Program-made: the position numbers and the translations under genes
Assembly: GCA_010015805.1 (NCBI GenBank)
Contig: ML978129.1
Location: forward strand, 124,001-188,000
DNA length: 64,000 nt
Source: Rhizodiscina lignyota
Lineage: Eukaryota
Direction of reading: 5' to 3'
Shown: piece after piece, positions 22,310 through 34,451 of the stretch
Numbering within the stretch: position 1 is the first letter of the stretch
How the letters are laid out: each line of letters opens with the position of its first letter
The notes under the pieces: generated by a model
Told to the model about the DNA's origin: nothing
The model's input: only the letters and a program-made list of their open reading frames with translations
Database searches by the model: none

Positions 22310-22959
22310 GTGGCTTTATCGATGTGTAGCTCAGATTGACATTGGGCTAGGCGTTATGTATCTTACAGTCAGACTTCATCGATCGAGGGTGAATAGCTCA
22401 CGCGAAATTCTTCACAAAATGGGTTAGATTGAACTTTTTTAAGAGCTCTCTCGAATAAGGCATGAAACATGGGATCGCATTCGTCTTAGATCCATAAGTG
22501 GACGTCTCTTCACTAAAGCTTTACTGTTTCGCATAGTTCGTACCGAGCATAGGATTCCCCGACCCAGCCCGCTTATTGGAGCTAGAGGGTATTATCAGTG
22601 ATAAAGTTTTGAATGGCGTTCGGTATCGTAGCAATGAGCAGACATTACCGAACGATCTGACAGTGAAAGCGTGGCCATGGAGTTATTCAAATTCAAAAGG
22701 GGCACAATCCTCGCCGTTTAGAGGGACTCAAATCTTCATTAATCGATCTAGTACAAAGAGCATCAATACGCATGGAATCGATGAACGGTTGCAGTAGTGT
22801 GTGTACGTTTGCTCTCATTCTAAAGCCTTCTTCCGGGTTAGAAACAATTTAGTTCCATCGGAATATACAGTGACGAGAGTCCCCGTATCAACTCTATATC
22901 TTGCTCCGAGAGGAGGTGTGGCGATCTTGGGCGTCGATCCAATATTCGATCCACTAAGC

Positions 22960-24045
22960 CTAGCCGGTTGCTTCGCCGAAGTTCATATGTCCGGTTTGCT
23001 TTGCATGCTCCGTTGCGCCCTTCTCTCCCTTGCCCATCCACCCACATATGTTACACTTCAAGTCAAAGCCCGCTGTATCCGTGTAGTAGTGGCTCGCCTG
23101 CAGTTTCGCACAAAGCTCCCTCGCTTTCTCTAGGATGATGTCGTCCTCGCTGTCAAACTGCTTAATATCCAGCTCCGGGACCATGCATCCATCGGGACTC
23201 AGTGCAATCGTATCGTAGTGTATGCCGGAGTATACCAGGATGACTCTCTGCCTCTTCTCTCCCGACCCCAACGGCGCCTCGTTGAACTTGTCCACGCGCA
23301 AGTCCTGCACGTTTATGCTCGCCACCTCGACGCCGAATGCTTGGGAAATCAGCCCTATCTCGATGCCTCCACCCCAGCTGTCTTCCCGCTGTATCCATTC
23401 GCAGTATGCGTCTGGCGCTTTTTGCAGGACGGCGGCGTTGTACAGCTCAGGGTTGGTCTGGATGCCTTGTGCCACCATAGCTCGCAATTCGTGCATGATG
23501 TCCAGACCATCGCCCATCAGTGCCGTACCGAGTGCGCGGAAGAGACAGGAGTTGTCGTCTGGCATCACACGCAGGATCATGACGCCAGCGTGTGTGGGTA
23601 CTGGGACTTCGGGAGGGTCATTGCCCGTTGCAGGATCGAAAGGATTCGGTTTTCGAGTGAGATTGAGAAGATCGGAGGTGGCAGATTGCTGTGAGTTCGT
23701 GGCGGATGTGGACGAGGAAGTTGGGAAAGTAGAAGGCGCAGGCTTGGATGCGGAGAGAGGTACAGAGGGCTCTGGCGGCCGTGAGCGTGGGTGTGAGAGT
23801 TGCGACTGTACGTCTCTTGCAACAGCGATCAGCTGCTCACCGTCGAGCTTAAGGCCCGTGTCCTTGAGCTTCACCGTCCCATCGAATTGTGCAAGGTCGA
23901 GAGCTTTCGGTGGGTAGCCCGATTTGAGCTCGAATGCTGGGAGTGATGTTTTCTCTGATATCACTGATTGAAGTTCTTGTACTGTCGCTGAGTCGTCAAG
24001 CGTGAGCGTAGCTACGCCCGACGGGCCACGTACGCGCATGCGCAT
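22960..24045 (-). CDS. OTU1: Ubiquitin thioesterase OTU1
   Basis: N-terminal UBL (MRMRVRGPSG...KSGYPP), OTU catalytic motifs MPDDNSCLF, WGGGIE and YSGIHYD, and a C-terminal C2H2 finger (CNIC...HAKQTGH). Confidence 0.95.
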   Translation of the reverse strand: MRMRVRGPSGVATLTLDDSATVQELQSVISEKTSLPAFELKSGYPPKALDLAQFDGTVKLKDTGLKLDGEQLIAVARDVQSQLSHPRSRPPEPSVPLSASKPAPSTFPTSSSTSATNSQQSATSDLLNLTRKPNPFDPATGNDPPEVPVPTHAGVMILRVMPDDNSCLFRALGTALMGDGLDIMHELRAMVAQGIQTNPELYNAAVLQKAPDAYCEWIQREDSWGGGIEIGLISQAFGVEVASINVQDLRVDKFNEAPLGSGEKRQRVILVYSGIHYDTIALSPDGCMVPELDIKQFDSEDDIILEKARELCAKLQASHYYTDTAGFDLKCNICGWMGKGEKGATEHAKQTGHMNFGEATG

Positions 24046-25399
24046 TATGGAGCTTGAGGTGGAGGTGATTAGGATCCGAAATTGCTGCCAGCCTCAAAAC
24101 CCCACCTTGCCTTGTAACGGCCTGCCTGGTAGTGGGATCTTCTGGCCCTAAAGCAAGATACACCAAAAAAGGCGCAGAGCAATAGGGAGGCCTGGATAAT
24201 AAAATAGGTGAATAATGCGATCATTTTGAAGGATTGCGGTTGTGACTTGACTAACCTGCTGTGGAAAGGTTTTATAGCCACTGCGGATGTCCGTAAAAAT
24301 GCCGGAAGGTGCCCGTTAGGTATGATTGCGCACTAGAAGCCAGGCGTAGCCGGTGGGTAATAGAGAAGGAGGCACGACGAACACGATGTTGATATCAAAG
24401 CACTGCGGGCTCGGTACAGAAGGAGTTTGCAATCGAAAGGAGAAGAGAATTGGTTTCTAAAAAAATTTATCAGTAAGACGGACACAAAGGGTAGAGGTTT
24501 CCCACATTTCAAGGCTTCGTGGGTTGCAGAAAACAAAGCAGTCTGGTGTTTAGTTTAGCTCCGTCACAGTTCAAGGAAGAGAGGATTTCGGAGAAAGGAT
24601 CGGCGGTGAATAGAAGGCGGCAAACGACGCGCTACAATGGTCGCGCCAATGTCAACAATCGCTGGTGCTAGTAGTGGATGCTTGGTAACGTGGAGACAAG
24701 CTGTATGGAAAGTTCAAGAAACGTCAGAAGCGACGAGATGAAATCCGCCGCATTGGATAGCCAACCGGTTGGCGCTAAGCGATCTTACAACTTGCTCTGC
24801 GAGAGCTCGATCGCATATCGAGCGGGTTACTACACTTAGAGCACAACTGACACCGGATCTAGAAACAAGATGTTGCAACGGTGCTAGTGACATTTTCCTG
24901 TCACTTGGAGAGGCATCATGGTGCCGACGGGGGTGGTCAAAGTTCGTTCTGCTGAGGCTGAGAAGGATCACTTCGGACGAAGCCGAGGATTATCCGGCTA
25001 CTCCACGCGGCATTTGCCGCTAGAAGAGCTTGGCGTTTGTTTTCCCTAAGGAATCTGGAAAACTCACATTCTGTGCTATAACCCGGCAACCAATGCCGGT
25101 AAGTTGAAATTAACATCGCTATTGAAAACTCCAAGCTGTAAACTATCGCTCATAAGTTTTTGGTATTCATTAGGCCTATTTTGGCAGCAGTAAAGGTGGT
25201 CTCTCCTTCATCATACGCCAATTCACTTGCGAAGCCTGAGGAGCCGGAGTCGGGCCGATTATTACCGAGTCAGTCGCGCCTTGCATTTCTTTGCGACGCG
25301 CCGCATCAACGACGTCCACCAGACGTGCTGCAACAGTGCGATATGACGGCACTCATGTCCTAACCACGTATACGATACGGCTACTGTATACCATCGACT

Positions 25400-28300
25400 A
25401 TGGCGACCCCAGAATCCCCCATTCCAACGACCGAGACGGCCCCTGAGGCGAGCATCGATGCCTCCGCCGTCACAGACGCCGAGTGGGATGCCATGAACAA
25501 TGTCCTGACCACCGTCTACAACCATCGCATCGAAGATGGCTATGATCCTTCGAAAGTCTTCCAGCGCAAAGTCAATAAGCGAACGCTCCCAGATTACTAC
25601 GATGTCATCAAGGAGCCGATGGCGCTGTCGACAATCAAGGCCAAAGTCTCGTCCAAGCAGTACAAGAACTTCAGCGAGTTCGTCAGGGATTTCGCCCTAA
25701 TCCCACACAATGCGCAAGTGTACAATCGACCAGATGCGGGTGCATATCAAGATGCGATAGTCATTCGAGAGCTCGTCGAGAAGGAGTTCCAGAAGCTCGC
25801 GGACGAAGGCACAATACCACAAGACGTTGCAAAGTTACCGTTCTTAGGAGAAATACCGGCACAAGATGACGTTGATCCAGTGGAGGATGCGGAAGAGGAG
25901 GAAGACCAGGAGGATGGCGATGAAGACGAGGACGAGGAGGATGACGACTCAGACGATGATCGGCGGAAGAAGAAGCGTAGCAGACGGTCAATCGCGAAGC
26001 GCGAAGACAAGGATGATAAAGATGCGCTGGATCCAGAGTCGCGTAAGAAGCGTGGCAGACCTCCACGAGTCGATACACCTATGGAAGCGCGCATCAAAGC
26101 GATCATGAAGGGTATGCGAAAGCCGAAGAGCACAGCCGGAGGTCTCATGATCACGCACTTCGAGCGTCTGCCTGACAAGGCTGTGATGCCGGAATATTTT
26201 GCAGAGGTCAAGCAGCCTATCGCTCTAGATGTGATCAAGAAGAAGCTCAAACGGAAGAAGTACCAATCTGTTGAGCAGTTCATGAAGGATGTGGAGCTCA
26301 TGTTCGAGAATGCAAAATCCTACAACCAAGATGACAGTGTCATCTATAAAGATGCAGTGGCACTGCAGAAGGAGACTCGTCAAATCGCAGAGGAAGAGAA
26401 GCAGAAGCCCGACACGGACTACGTAATGGAGGATGGCCGGTTGCCGATGCCAAATGGTATTCTTCACAACGGCGAGCTCTGGAAAGTTGGGGACTGGGTG
26501 CACATCCAGAACGCGAACGACCTTACAAAGCCCATCGTCGCACAGATATACCGTACTTGGCAAGATGTGGATGGCAACAAGTGGGTTAATGCGTGCTGGT
26601 ACTATCGACCGGAGCAGACTGTCCACCGCTTCGACCGGCACTTCTTCGAAAATGAAGTCATGAAGACGGGCCAATATCGCGATCATCCAATTGATGATGT
26701 TGTTGATCGCTGCTTCGTCATGTTCTTCACACGCTACAATAAAGGCCGCCCGCGTAACTTCCCTCCGGATAAAGAGATTTACGTCTGCGAGGCTAGGTAC
26801 AATGAGGAGAACCACAAACTGAACAAGATCAAGACTTGGGCGAGCTGTTTGCCTGATGAAGTCCGAGATAAGGACTATGAAATGGATCTTTTCGATGCTC
26901 CTAAGAAGATGAAGAAGGTCCTGAGTCCCATCGCTTACCTCCTTAAAGATGATGCAAAGGAGACGGACGACCTGCCAAAGCCTGTTTGGGGAGCTGAAAA
27001 TGCGCCACCAAAGATTGGAGCCGTTCATAAGCGACCGAGAGATCCCAAAGTGAGTTACCGCTGCTCTTTCCTTTTGCCGTGATGTTGCACATTGTGTCAC
27101 ACAAGAAAACACTCATCAAGTTTTTTTCTTATTTTTCTAACATCATTCTAACACCTACAGGAATCACCACCACCAGAACCGACGCCTACACCTCCTCCTC
27201 AGCCACCACCACAACCTCAACGTGCACCTTCCAACATCTCCATTCCAAACAACGACACAATGGCTCCTTCCTATCCAATGTCGGCAACTCCAACGACGCA
27301 ACCACAGCCGATACGCACGTCGACACCTTCGCACCCACCGCAACGCCCATCGTTCACCTCTTCACACCCTTCGCAGTATCATCACAGCTCGGCTTCCCCT
27401 GCGCCGTTCCAAGGAAATGCGGCATCCACACAGCAACATGGCCCCTTCGCACCTCCTCCACTAACGCCTCATTCCTCATTTCACAGCCAGTCTGCAGCGC
27501 CCTCTGGCCCGCAGACCGCTACATTCACCCACCAGTCATTCACGACTCCACAAACCTACCAAACCCGTCCCGTTGCGCCCAACTATCACCACCTCCAGGC
27601 ACCATCAACTACCCAAACGTACGGCGGCCCAATGGGCGCGGCATCTTCAATGCCACAGGCAGCTGCCTCTCAAAGCCAGCGGGGTTACAACGCGCCGCAG
27701 CCGCCCGAAGTGTACTGTCTCAGCGACGTCGCGAACCAGAGCATCCCGGAGGAAATCCGGAATATGTTTCACACCGACGAGGCGGGGCGCGTGCTCTTCT
27801 TCACGTCGCCCCCGACAGAGACCAGTGGCGTCACTTCCCTGAATTTGAACAAGGTCATTGGCCCGAAGACCGAGGAAGATAAGAAGAACGGCGACAGGGC
27901 GAAGGAGGTGCTCAAGCTGGGTCACTCGGTGCGCTATCTCGCTGCGAAGCAGAAGCGCGATGAGCTTGTGGCGGTGAAGAGCAAGCGCGAGGCGGAAGAC
28001 GCAGAGGTGAAGGCGGGTGAGGCTAAGAAGGCACGGCTGGAGGCGGAGAGAAAGGTGGAGAGGAGTTTGGTCGAGGTTACAAATCGTGCGATTGATATGT
28101 TGGGTGAGAAGCTAGCGGCGGAGACGAAGAGAGCGATCAATGAAGATGTGGGAGAAGCCGAGGTGGGCAAGGCAATTAAGAGAGAAGTGGAGTTGTTGGA
28201 GGCGCGCTGGCGAGTCGAGGCGGAGAAGGAGCGTCTGAGGGCGGAGAGGCAGATGGAGAGGGAGAAGAGGGATCGGAAGAGGGTCGAGATTACTGGTTAA
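25400..28300 (+). CDS. RSC1: RSC chromatin-remodelling subunit Rsc1/Rsc2 (two bromodomains, AT-hook, BAH); intron 27050-27160
   Basis: Bromodomains (PDYYDVIKEPMAL; PEYFAEVKQPIAL...FENAKSYN), AT-hook KKRGRPP, BAH domain (KVGDWVHI...NACWYYRPEQTVH...YVCEARY) and C-terminal FHTDEAGRVLFFTSPP. A phase-0 GTGAGT...CTAAC...CAG intron joins the ORFs. Confidence 0.93.
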
Positions 28301-28454
28301 GCTGGTTCACTATCAGCACGAGGATCCATGAGATTTTGATATATCCTATGGGGTATTTCATTGCATTGCACTGGAGTTATGAATGTTATAGTACGTGTTT
28401 CAAAATAAGAACATTTTCTGAATACCGCGACTTTCTTTTATCCCCTCTTCCCCC

Positions 28455-29527
28455 CTAATATAACGCCTCCATCCTCATCTGAACGTACCCACCGGCGGTC
28501 ACCGTTTCATGCTTTTTAGGATTACTCACTTCGTCCCAACAGCCAGGTAGTGCATCAATAATTGTATCCAGGTTCGCGACCGAGAAGAATGGAATCGAAT
28601 ATCTAGGCATGCACATGTCCCCGTCGATAATCGGTGGCTCACCGACTCTATGCACCGTACTCTTCCACCGCCCATTCGTCCACCGCTCCATCAAATCGCC
28701 AATATTAACAAGACAGGTCCCCTCAACTGGCGGCGCGGGTTTGAACTGTCCCGGGTGGCATTGGTCTTCGACTTCCAGTCCCCCGACTTTATCCTGGAAC
28801 AGCAACGTGATGGTGCCAAAGTCCGAGTGCGCGCTGATTCTCGTGCGCTCTTTCTCCTTCAGTACCTTCGCTGGCACCGAGGGGTAGTGCAGTAGTCTCA
28901 GCTGGAACAAGTCCTCTGAATGAGTGTCGCTCAAAGCCTCCGGGTCCATGCCCAGCGCCGTCGCGAGACATCGCAGCACATCGTGCACCAGCGCCGCACA
29001 GCGGAGGTAGAAGGATTCCATGAAGGGCTGGAAGCCGGGGATCACATCCGGAGGAGGCCAGATGTTGGGCTGGTATGAATCGCTAACGCTCCCAGACTCG
29101 AATGATTCTTTCGTGTCGGGGATGGCGGTACGTATCTTGTCAATTTCGTCGCGGTCATAGATATTCTGTGAGACTTTTTCGACATCCATGCCGGAGTAGC
29201 CACGGTGGTGGGAACCGCCTGGAGGATGGGGACAAAGCATTTTCTTCTCGGTCGGGAGGGCGAAGAATTTGGCGCTCTGTCATGTTGTTAGTCTTTGAAG
29301 AAGTTGGGAAATATAACGTCAACTGGAAGAAGTACCCAATCGAAGCATTTGTCGACCTGCTCCTGTGGAATCCCGTGATTTTTAATGTATACAAAGCCTA
29401 CGTTGTGGAAGGCGTCGTCTACTTGCTTCGCCGTAGCTTTCTTCTCTTCCGAGGAGCCATGGAGGAAACGATCAAAGTCAATGACGGGGATAGGAGAGGT
29501 GCCATTCGCTGTTGATGTCCCGCCCAT
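28455..29527 (-). CDS. 2-oxoglutarate/Fe(II) dioxygenase (IPNS/DIOX family); intron 29277-29335
   Basis: IPVIDF...GFVYIKNHGI, HRGYS, LRLLHYP, HSDFGTITLLFQD (HxD), STVHRV (His) and RYSIPFF (RxS). The spliced junction reads CFDW|SAKFFALP. Confidence 0.92.
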
Positions 29528-30271
29528 TATGAGAGAAAGGTTGGGATGTCGAAAGATGCAGTCAGTCCAAGTGCTCTTGATATTGGCTTCTTATCGATAA
29601 CTTTTTAGGTGTTGAGGCTTGAGCAACTCGCTGCTGTGGAACATAAGGTAACTAGTTACTTTATCTAAGGATTGAAGAGATCAAATGTAAGTGAGATGCA
29701 TAAATTCGAGGCAACTAAAGATTCTAAGGTTCATGTGCGCAGTAATGCCGTCTCCATGCCCGTCGATCTACATATTAAGCACCCATTTCGGATCCTCTAT
29801 CTTACGGTGGATACTCTCGTAAGCGCTGGCATGCTGTCAAATTTAGGACCGATCCGTTCACTCTACCCTGATCGGTGAAGATTGGCCTTAAACCTTTGCG
29901 AATTGCCTTTGTAAGGTGTTGACCATATCTTAAGGGTTGCCACCTAGTCAAGCGCATGTGTGATTTGAGTACATGTCAGGTCTGCTAGTGTTGGCTGTAC
30001 CAGCTTCTGAAGCTTTATATATAGTGTTGTTCGTCCAGTATCTTAATCGAGGCCTTCATTACTGCGAGACTTACGTCGGGTTCGAGGACAGAAGTAGTAT
30101 CTTGTGATATATTCATTCAACATTAATAGTATAGACATCAGGACACCCAATGGTCCGCTCTCGCTATTGCCGCTTCTTTACGCTGCATGATCTCATTAAA
30201 AGTAAACCACCCATAAACCCGTCGATGGAAGCTGAGAAAGAAAATGGAGTAGATGTTGCCAGCACCATCGC

Positions 30272-31716
30272 TCACATAACCCGGCATTTCTCATCATAGA
30301 GCTCTCCGTATGTATCCCTCCCTGCTGCCCTCTCATTCTCCTTCTGCTTCTTCTTGACCTCTTCAGGGAAATATTTCTTCAGAAACCTCGACATGCTGTC
30401 ATCTAAATTATCGCTGTCCGCCTCCATGACGACCTTCTTTCTGCAGAGCGGGCAATGATCCTGCTTGTCCCGTTGCATAACGATCAGGCAGCGGATGCAG
30501 AAGACATGCTGACACTGCAGCCGTACGGGCCGCCATGCGATACTGAAGCATACGGGGCAGAGGTAGTCGTCGAGCTGCGGGACGGTAGCGAGAAGATGGT
30601 TCGAGATTTCAGCGCAGACAGCGCGAGCAAGAGAGGCAGGAATTGGCGTTTGCTGGAAGATGAGAGCGGCATTGGAAGTCGCGCCGAGTGCAGTGCGCTT
30701 GTCGAACTCTGGGAAGCATATTAGCCCGGACCGTAGCACGATAGCAAGACTAGTATGCACTTACTCTTTAGAATCTTCATGGTCGCCATATTGTTAATCT
30801 CTTGAAACTTCAAGCCTTGCAGCAACTCGGAGTTGATGTTGAGGAACTTGTGCAGTGCCAATGCGCCTTCTTTGCTCTTGAAATCATCGTATAAACCTTG
30901 TTTCTGCAATTCGGCTGCGAAGTTTCCAAGCCCCTTTGCAGCCCTTTCGTAATTGTTGGCCCATGGATCTCTCTCTGAAGTTGAGAAGAAAATCCTTGAG
31001 TCGAGATAGAGCTCAAATATCCGTCGCCACTGTTGAAGGTCGTGCTTGGACTTCGAATCTTTCGGTTTCGTCATTTTCGAAACGACATTGCTAAGGTCTT
31101 CGACTTCCGAAGATAGCTTCTTCTCTTCTTCTTTCTGAATTGTCGCAAGGCCAGAGAGTTCAGATTGAAGTGTGCCGAAAAATTGGGAGTCGGATATTAA
31201 CGGCACTTCCACCGTGCGATACGATCGCGAATTCGTGCTTGCAAGACTGTTCTTACGGTCTGTGGGATTCGCCTTGGGATCGTCTTGTTCGTCAGTGATT
31301 CGGATGTCGGTTATGTTCTCGCTAAGGGCGAGCTGATGCAGATATTGCTTGGTCTCTGGCGATAGCTTTGCGTGTAGTGGCTCGCCGGTGGCCTCGTCGA
31401 TCATGAAGAGAAGCTTTGGCTGAAACTTGGTGGGGTAGGACTTCTCTTCATTCTGGCCTCGTGAACCTTTCGGAGACAAGACATATTGGAATGGTTTCTC
31501 CTCTTGGTCTTCGGTGTCAGAGCCGGCGCCTTGGTTCTTCTCAGCAGTCTTCAACAGCAGACTGAGGGTGTCGGCATCAAGGCCAATCTCAGAAAGCTCC
31601 TCTTCGACTTTCTTTATGCATTTCTTGAGCTTCCTGTATGATATGGCTGATTCAACCCAATGCTCAGGAAACCCATCCTCGAGCAGGTGTTGTTTGAAGG
31701 TGCGTGCGAACTTCAT
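30272..31716 (-). CDS. SPX-RING E3 ubiquitin ligase (S. pombe Pqr1 / plant NLA architecture); intron 30709-30764
   Basis: SPX signatures MKFA, ISYRKLKKCIKKV and the spliced lysine cluster KILK|KFDKRT. C3HC4 RING CPVC...CQHVFCIRC...CPLC. C-terminus ends CRVM. Confidence 0.92.
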
Positions 31717-31779
31717 CTAAGGTGGCGTCTTGTGGTACTGAGTAAGTAACTGATAGTCGGTTCGAGCGTGGGAGGTCAT
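31717..31779 (-). promoter_or_regulatory. Candidate uORF MTSHARTDYQLLTQYHKTPP* abutting the SPX-RING start codon
   Basis: The minus strand reads ATG ACC ... ACG CCA CCT TAG ATG AAG TTC. The uORF is in frame with the main CDS, with no gap. Confidence 0.4.
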
Positions 31780-32771
31780 ATGGAATCCCGCGAGTGTTAT
31801 AGAAAAGGAATAAAACAATGTTGGGGGTCGTGGCTAAGATATAGAAGGTGACACGGCCACTCCGCGCTTCCTGCCGAACGGATGTGGCTAGAATCACGAG
31901 AAGTTTTCTCCATACAATTTTTCTCGATCAGGCGCTAGCCAATGAGGTCATGCACTGTTAATGAGATCTCTCCCCACCAACCGTTCACGCATATATAGTA
32001 AGCGAGGCTAAGGCAGATGAGGCAGATGGGCACGCGACACTCTCTTCTAAGAGTGGGCAGTAGTTACAATGCCAGCTACGGATGTAAGTCCGAGGAGCTT
32101 TATGGGCTGCTGATAGGTTTGCTGGGACCAGCGATATCGAAATCTGGTCCAGACGGCTGCCGTTTGCATTAAACGTACGTAATGACAGCGGCCCGGTCCG
32201 GTCATGAGGCAGCGCTCTCACATGCGATAGACTAAGGGACGGCATGTGGAAAATGCCTGAGCAACGTGCAGACAAAGAGCATGAGGAACATCAGGTCTTT
32301 GAGACGGGCTGGGCTGGAAAAGGTCCGATTCGACATTGTAATAGATTGTGTCATACGGGTCTTCTCGGGTGGCGAAAGACTCTGACTGATGTCGTTACAT
32401 AAGTGTTCGGGCCGACGTCGGCCCATGATCGGCGCGCGGGTAGTTACGTAGTGGCGCGCGAAACTTCGACACACCATGCGCACGAGTTGCGTCGCGAATT
32501 TCACGCGCATCAAAGTCGACTGACTCATTGATGAAGGCATGCTTCTATTGCCTCGCGCTTTCATTCATTGCTAATTTGATTTGTGTGTCACATAGTGGTT
32601 TAGCGAGCGACTCAAGCCTTGACTGATGGACTTTCATGTTTGACCCCGGAATATTGGTTTGGACGTTCAAGTCGTCCCTGTCTTTTCACCATTTCCAAGG
32701 GAGCTTTGCTCGTTAGCCTGTAGGCCCAAAATTTCCTTCATCTGTAACCTTTTCTTCCTGATAGAGGCGAC

Positions 32772-34451
32772 ATGGGGGCCGGCCAGTCAACTGGAGGCGG
32801 GACGGACGCTCCACTCGAAGTCAAGACAAGCTTCTACGAGGTTCTCGGTATCGAGCGACAAGCCTCCGATGACGAGATTAAACGCGCATACAAACGCAAA
32901 GCACTCGAGCTACATCCTGATCGCAATTATGGCAACGATACGACAGGGCTCTTCGCCGAAGTCCAGGCAGCTTTCGAAGTACTGTCTGATCCGCACGAAC
33001 GGGCGTGGTATGATGCGCATGAGGCAGAGATACTTCGAGGTGGAGAGCCGGAGGGTGGTGCTGGGGAACACTTCGAGGCAAATATCAAGGTCACGACGGT
33101 GGACGATATTACCAAGATGATGAAGAAGTTTAATCGCGGGATAGACTTTTCGGATATGCCAACTGGATTCTATGGCTTTTTAAGGGATACCTTTGCGCAG
33201 TTGGCCAAGGAAGAGGAAGCTGCGGCGCGGTGGGAAGGTTCAGAAGAGATGGACTATCCGCCGTTTGGACACGAGGATGACACTTATGATCCCGTAGTCA
33301 AGGAGTTTTATGGAGTTTGGAGCGGGTTTGCAACAAGAAAGACATTCGCATGGAAGGATAAGTGGCGGTTATCTGATGCTCCGGATCGGCGGATCAGACG
33401 ACTTATGGAGAAGGATAACCAGAAACTACGGGAGCAAGGCATCAAGCAGTTCAACGAAGCTGTCAGAATGCTCGTAACGTTTGTGAAGAAGAGAGACCCT
33501 AGATGGACGCCGCCAACTACGACAGATGCAGAGAGGCAGAAGTCATTGCGGGATGCGGCTGCGGCACAAGCAGCGAAGGCACGCGCTGAGAACGAGGCGA
33601 AGATGCGGGCTGAAAACGCGATTCCTGACTGGGCAAAGGCTCGAGATCCGGACGAACTGGAAGAGATGGAGGAAGAAGAGGAAGAACAAGAAGAGTTCGA
33701 ATGCGTCGCTTGTCACAAAACATTCAAGAGTGAGAGGCAGTTCGAGGCACATGAGAAAAGCAAAAAACACCAGAAGGCTGTGCAAGCGCTGAAAAGGAAG
33801 ATGCAAAAGGACAACAAGAACCTCCACCTGGATGAAATCTCAAGTAGTGGTGCGATCACTCCGATGTCGGACGAGGAAGAGTTGGAAGATAACAAGGATA
33901 CTAGTGGCAAGGCCCAAGGCAGAGACATTGATGATCTGGCTGATGATGTGGAGACCATATATGTGAATGGTGCATCGGAGAGTGAGGATGTCTTACAAGG
34001 AGAAGATGAAGCAAAGAAAACGCAGATGCAAGCAGACGGCTCTCAAGAGAGTAAAACCGAAGATCCACATGCGCCAACAGCAAGCGATGAATCGGAAGCA
34101 TCCGATGACGATTACGCTCCCAGATCAAAGATCACAAATCGCCTGAAACAAAATGCACCTGAAAGAGCAGCATCTGCAAAGAGTGATGAAGATGAGGATG
34201 TGAAATCTGTTTTAGAAGACTCCGATGCTGCACCGACCAAGGCTGCTCCAAAGAAAGGCAAAGCAGCTCAGAAGCGAGCAAAGCGCGCCGCACAAGCTGC
34301 AGCGGATGATCAGACCGAGCTGAAGTTTAAGTGCGCCGTGTGCGACGAAGCATTCCCGTCGAAGACCCGCATGTTTCAACATATCAAGGATTGGGGACAT
34401 GCAGCTCCTCCATCTAGTGTGGGTGGCAAGGGCAAGAAAGGAAAGAAATGA
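32772..34451 (+). CDS. JJJ1: J-domain protein with two C2H2 fingers (Jjj1/DNAJC21; 60S biogenesis co-chaperone)
   Basis: J domain with HPD (ALELHPDRN), zuotin-homology-like region (WSGFATRKTFAW...FVKKRDPR), and fingers CVACHKTF...HEKSKKH and CAVCDEAF...HIKDWGH. Confidence 0.93.
   Translation: MGAGQSTGGGTDAPLEVKTSFYEVLGIERQASDDEIKRAYKRKALELHPDRNYGNDTTGLFAEVQAAFEVLSDPHERAWYDAHEAEILRGGEPEGGAGEHFEANIKVTTVDDITKMMKKFNRGIDFSDMPTGFYGFLRDTFAQLAKEEEAAARWEGSEEMDYPPFGHEDDTYDPVVKEFYGVWSGFATRKTFAWKDKWRLSDAPDRRIRRLMEKDNQKLREQGIKQFNEAVRMLVTFVKKRDPRWTPPTTTDAERQKSLRDAAAAQAAKARAENEAKMRAENAIPDWAKARDPDELEEMEEEEEEQEEFECVACHKTFKSERQFEAHEKSKKHQKAVQALKRKMQKDNKNLHLDEISSSGAITPMSDEEELEDNKDTSGKAQGRDIDDLADDVETIYVNGASESEDVLQGEDEAKKTQMQADGSQESKTEDPHAPTASDESEASDDDYAPRSKITNRLKQNAPERAASAKSDEDEDVKSVLEDSDAAPTKAAPKKGKAAQKRAKRAAQAAADDQTELKFKCAVCDEAFPSKTRMFQHIKDWGHAAPPSSVGGKGKKGKK

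Noticed and set aside
25343..25363. Six-codon uORF (MTALMS*) before RSC1
   Set aside because: Present in the sequence, but the TSS is unknown and nothing distinguishes it from chance.
26225..27112. 295-aa antisense ORF, and similar ones at 23222-23917, 17566-18105, 21029-21592 and 55521-56090
   Set aside because: Shadow frames opposite well-supported genes, explained by codon bias. No recognisable motifs.
27050..27160. Intronic snoRNA or stwintron in the longer introns (RSC1, VTI1 intron 1, Thr-rich gene)
   Set aside because: No paired C/D or H/ACA boxes, and removing internal GT-AG segments does not rebuild a consensus donor in the correct phase.
17200..29527. Secondary-metabolite cluster around the MFS pump and 2OG dioxygenase
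   Set aside because: No PKS, NRPS, terpene synthase or cluster transcription factor, and the genes are separated by OTU1 and RSC1.
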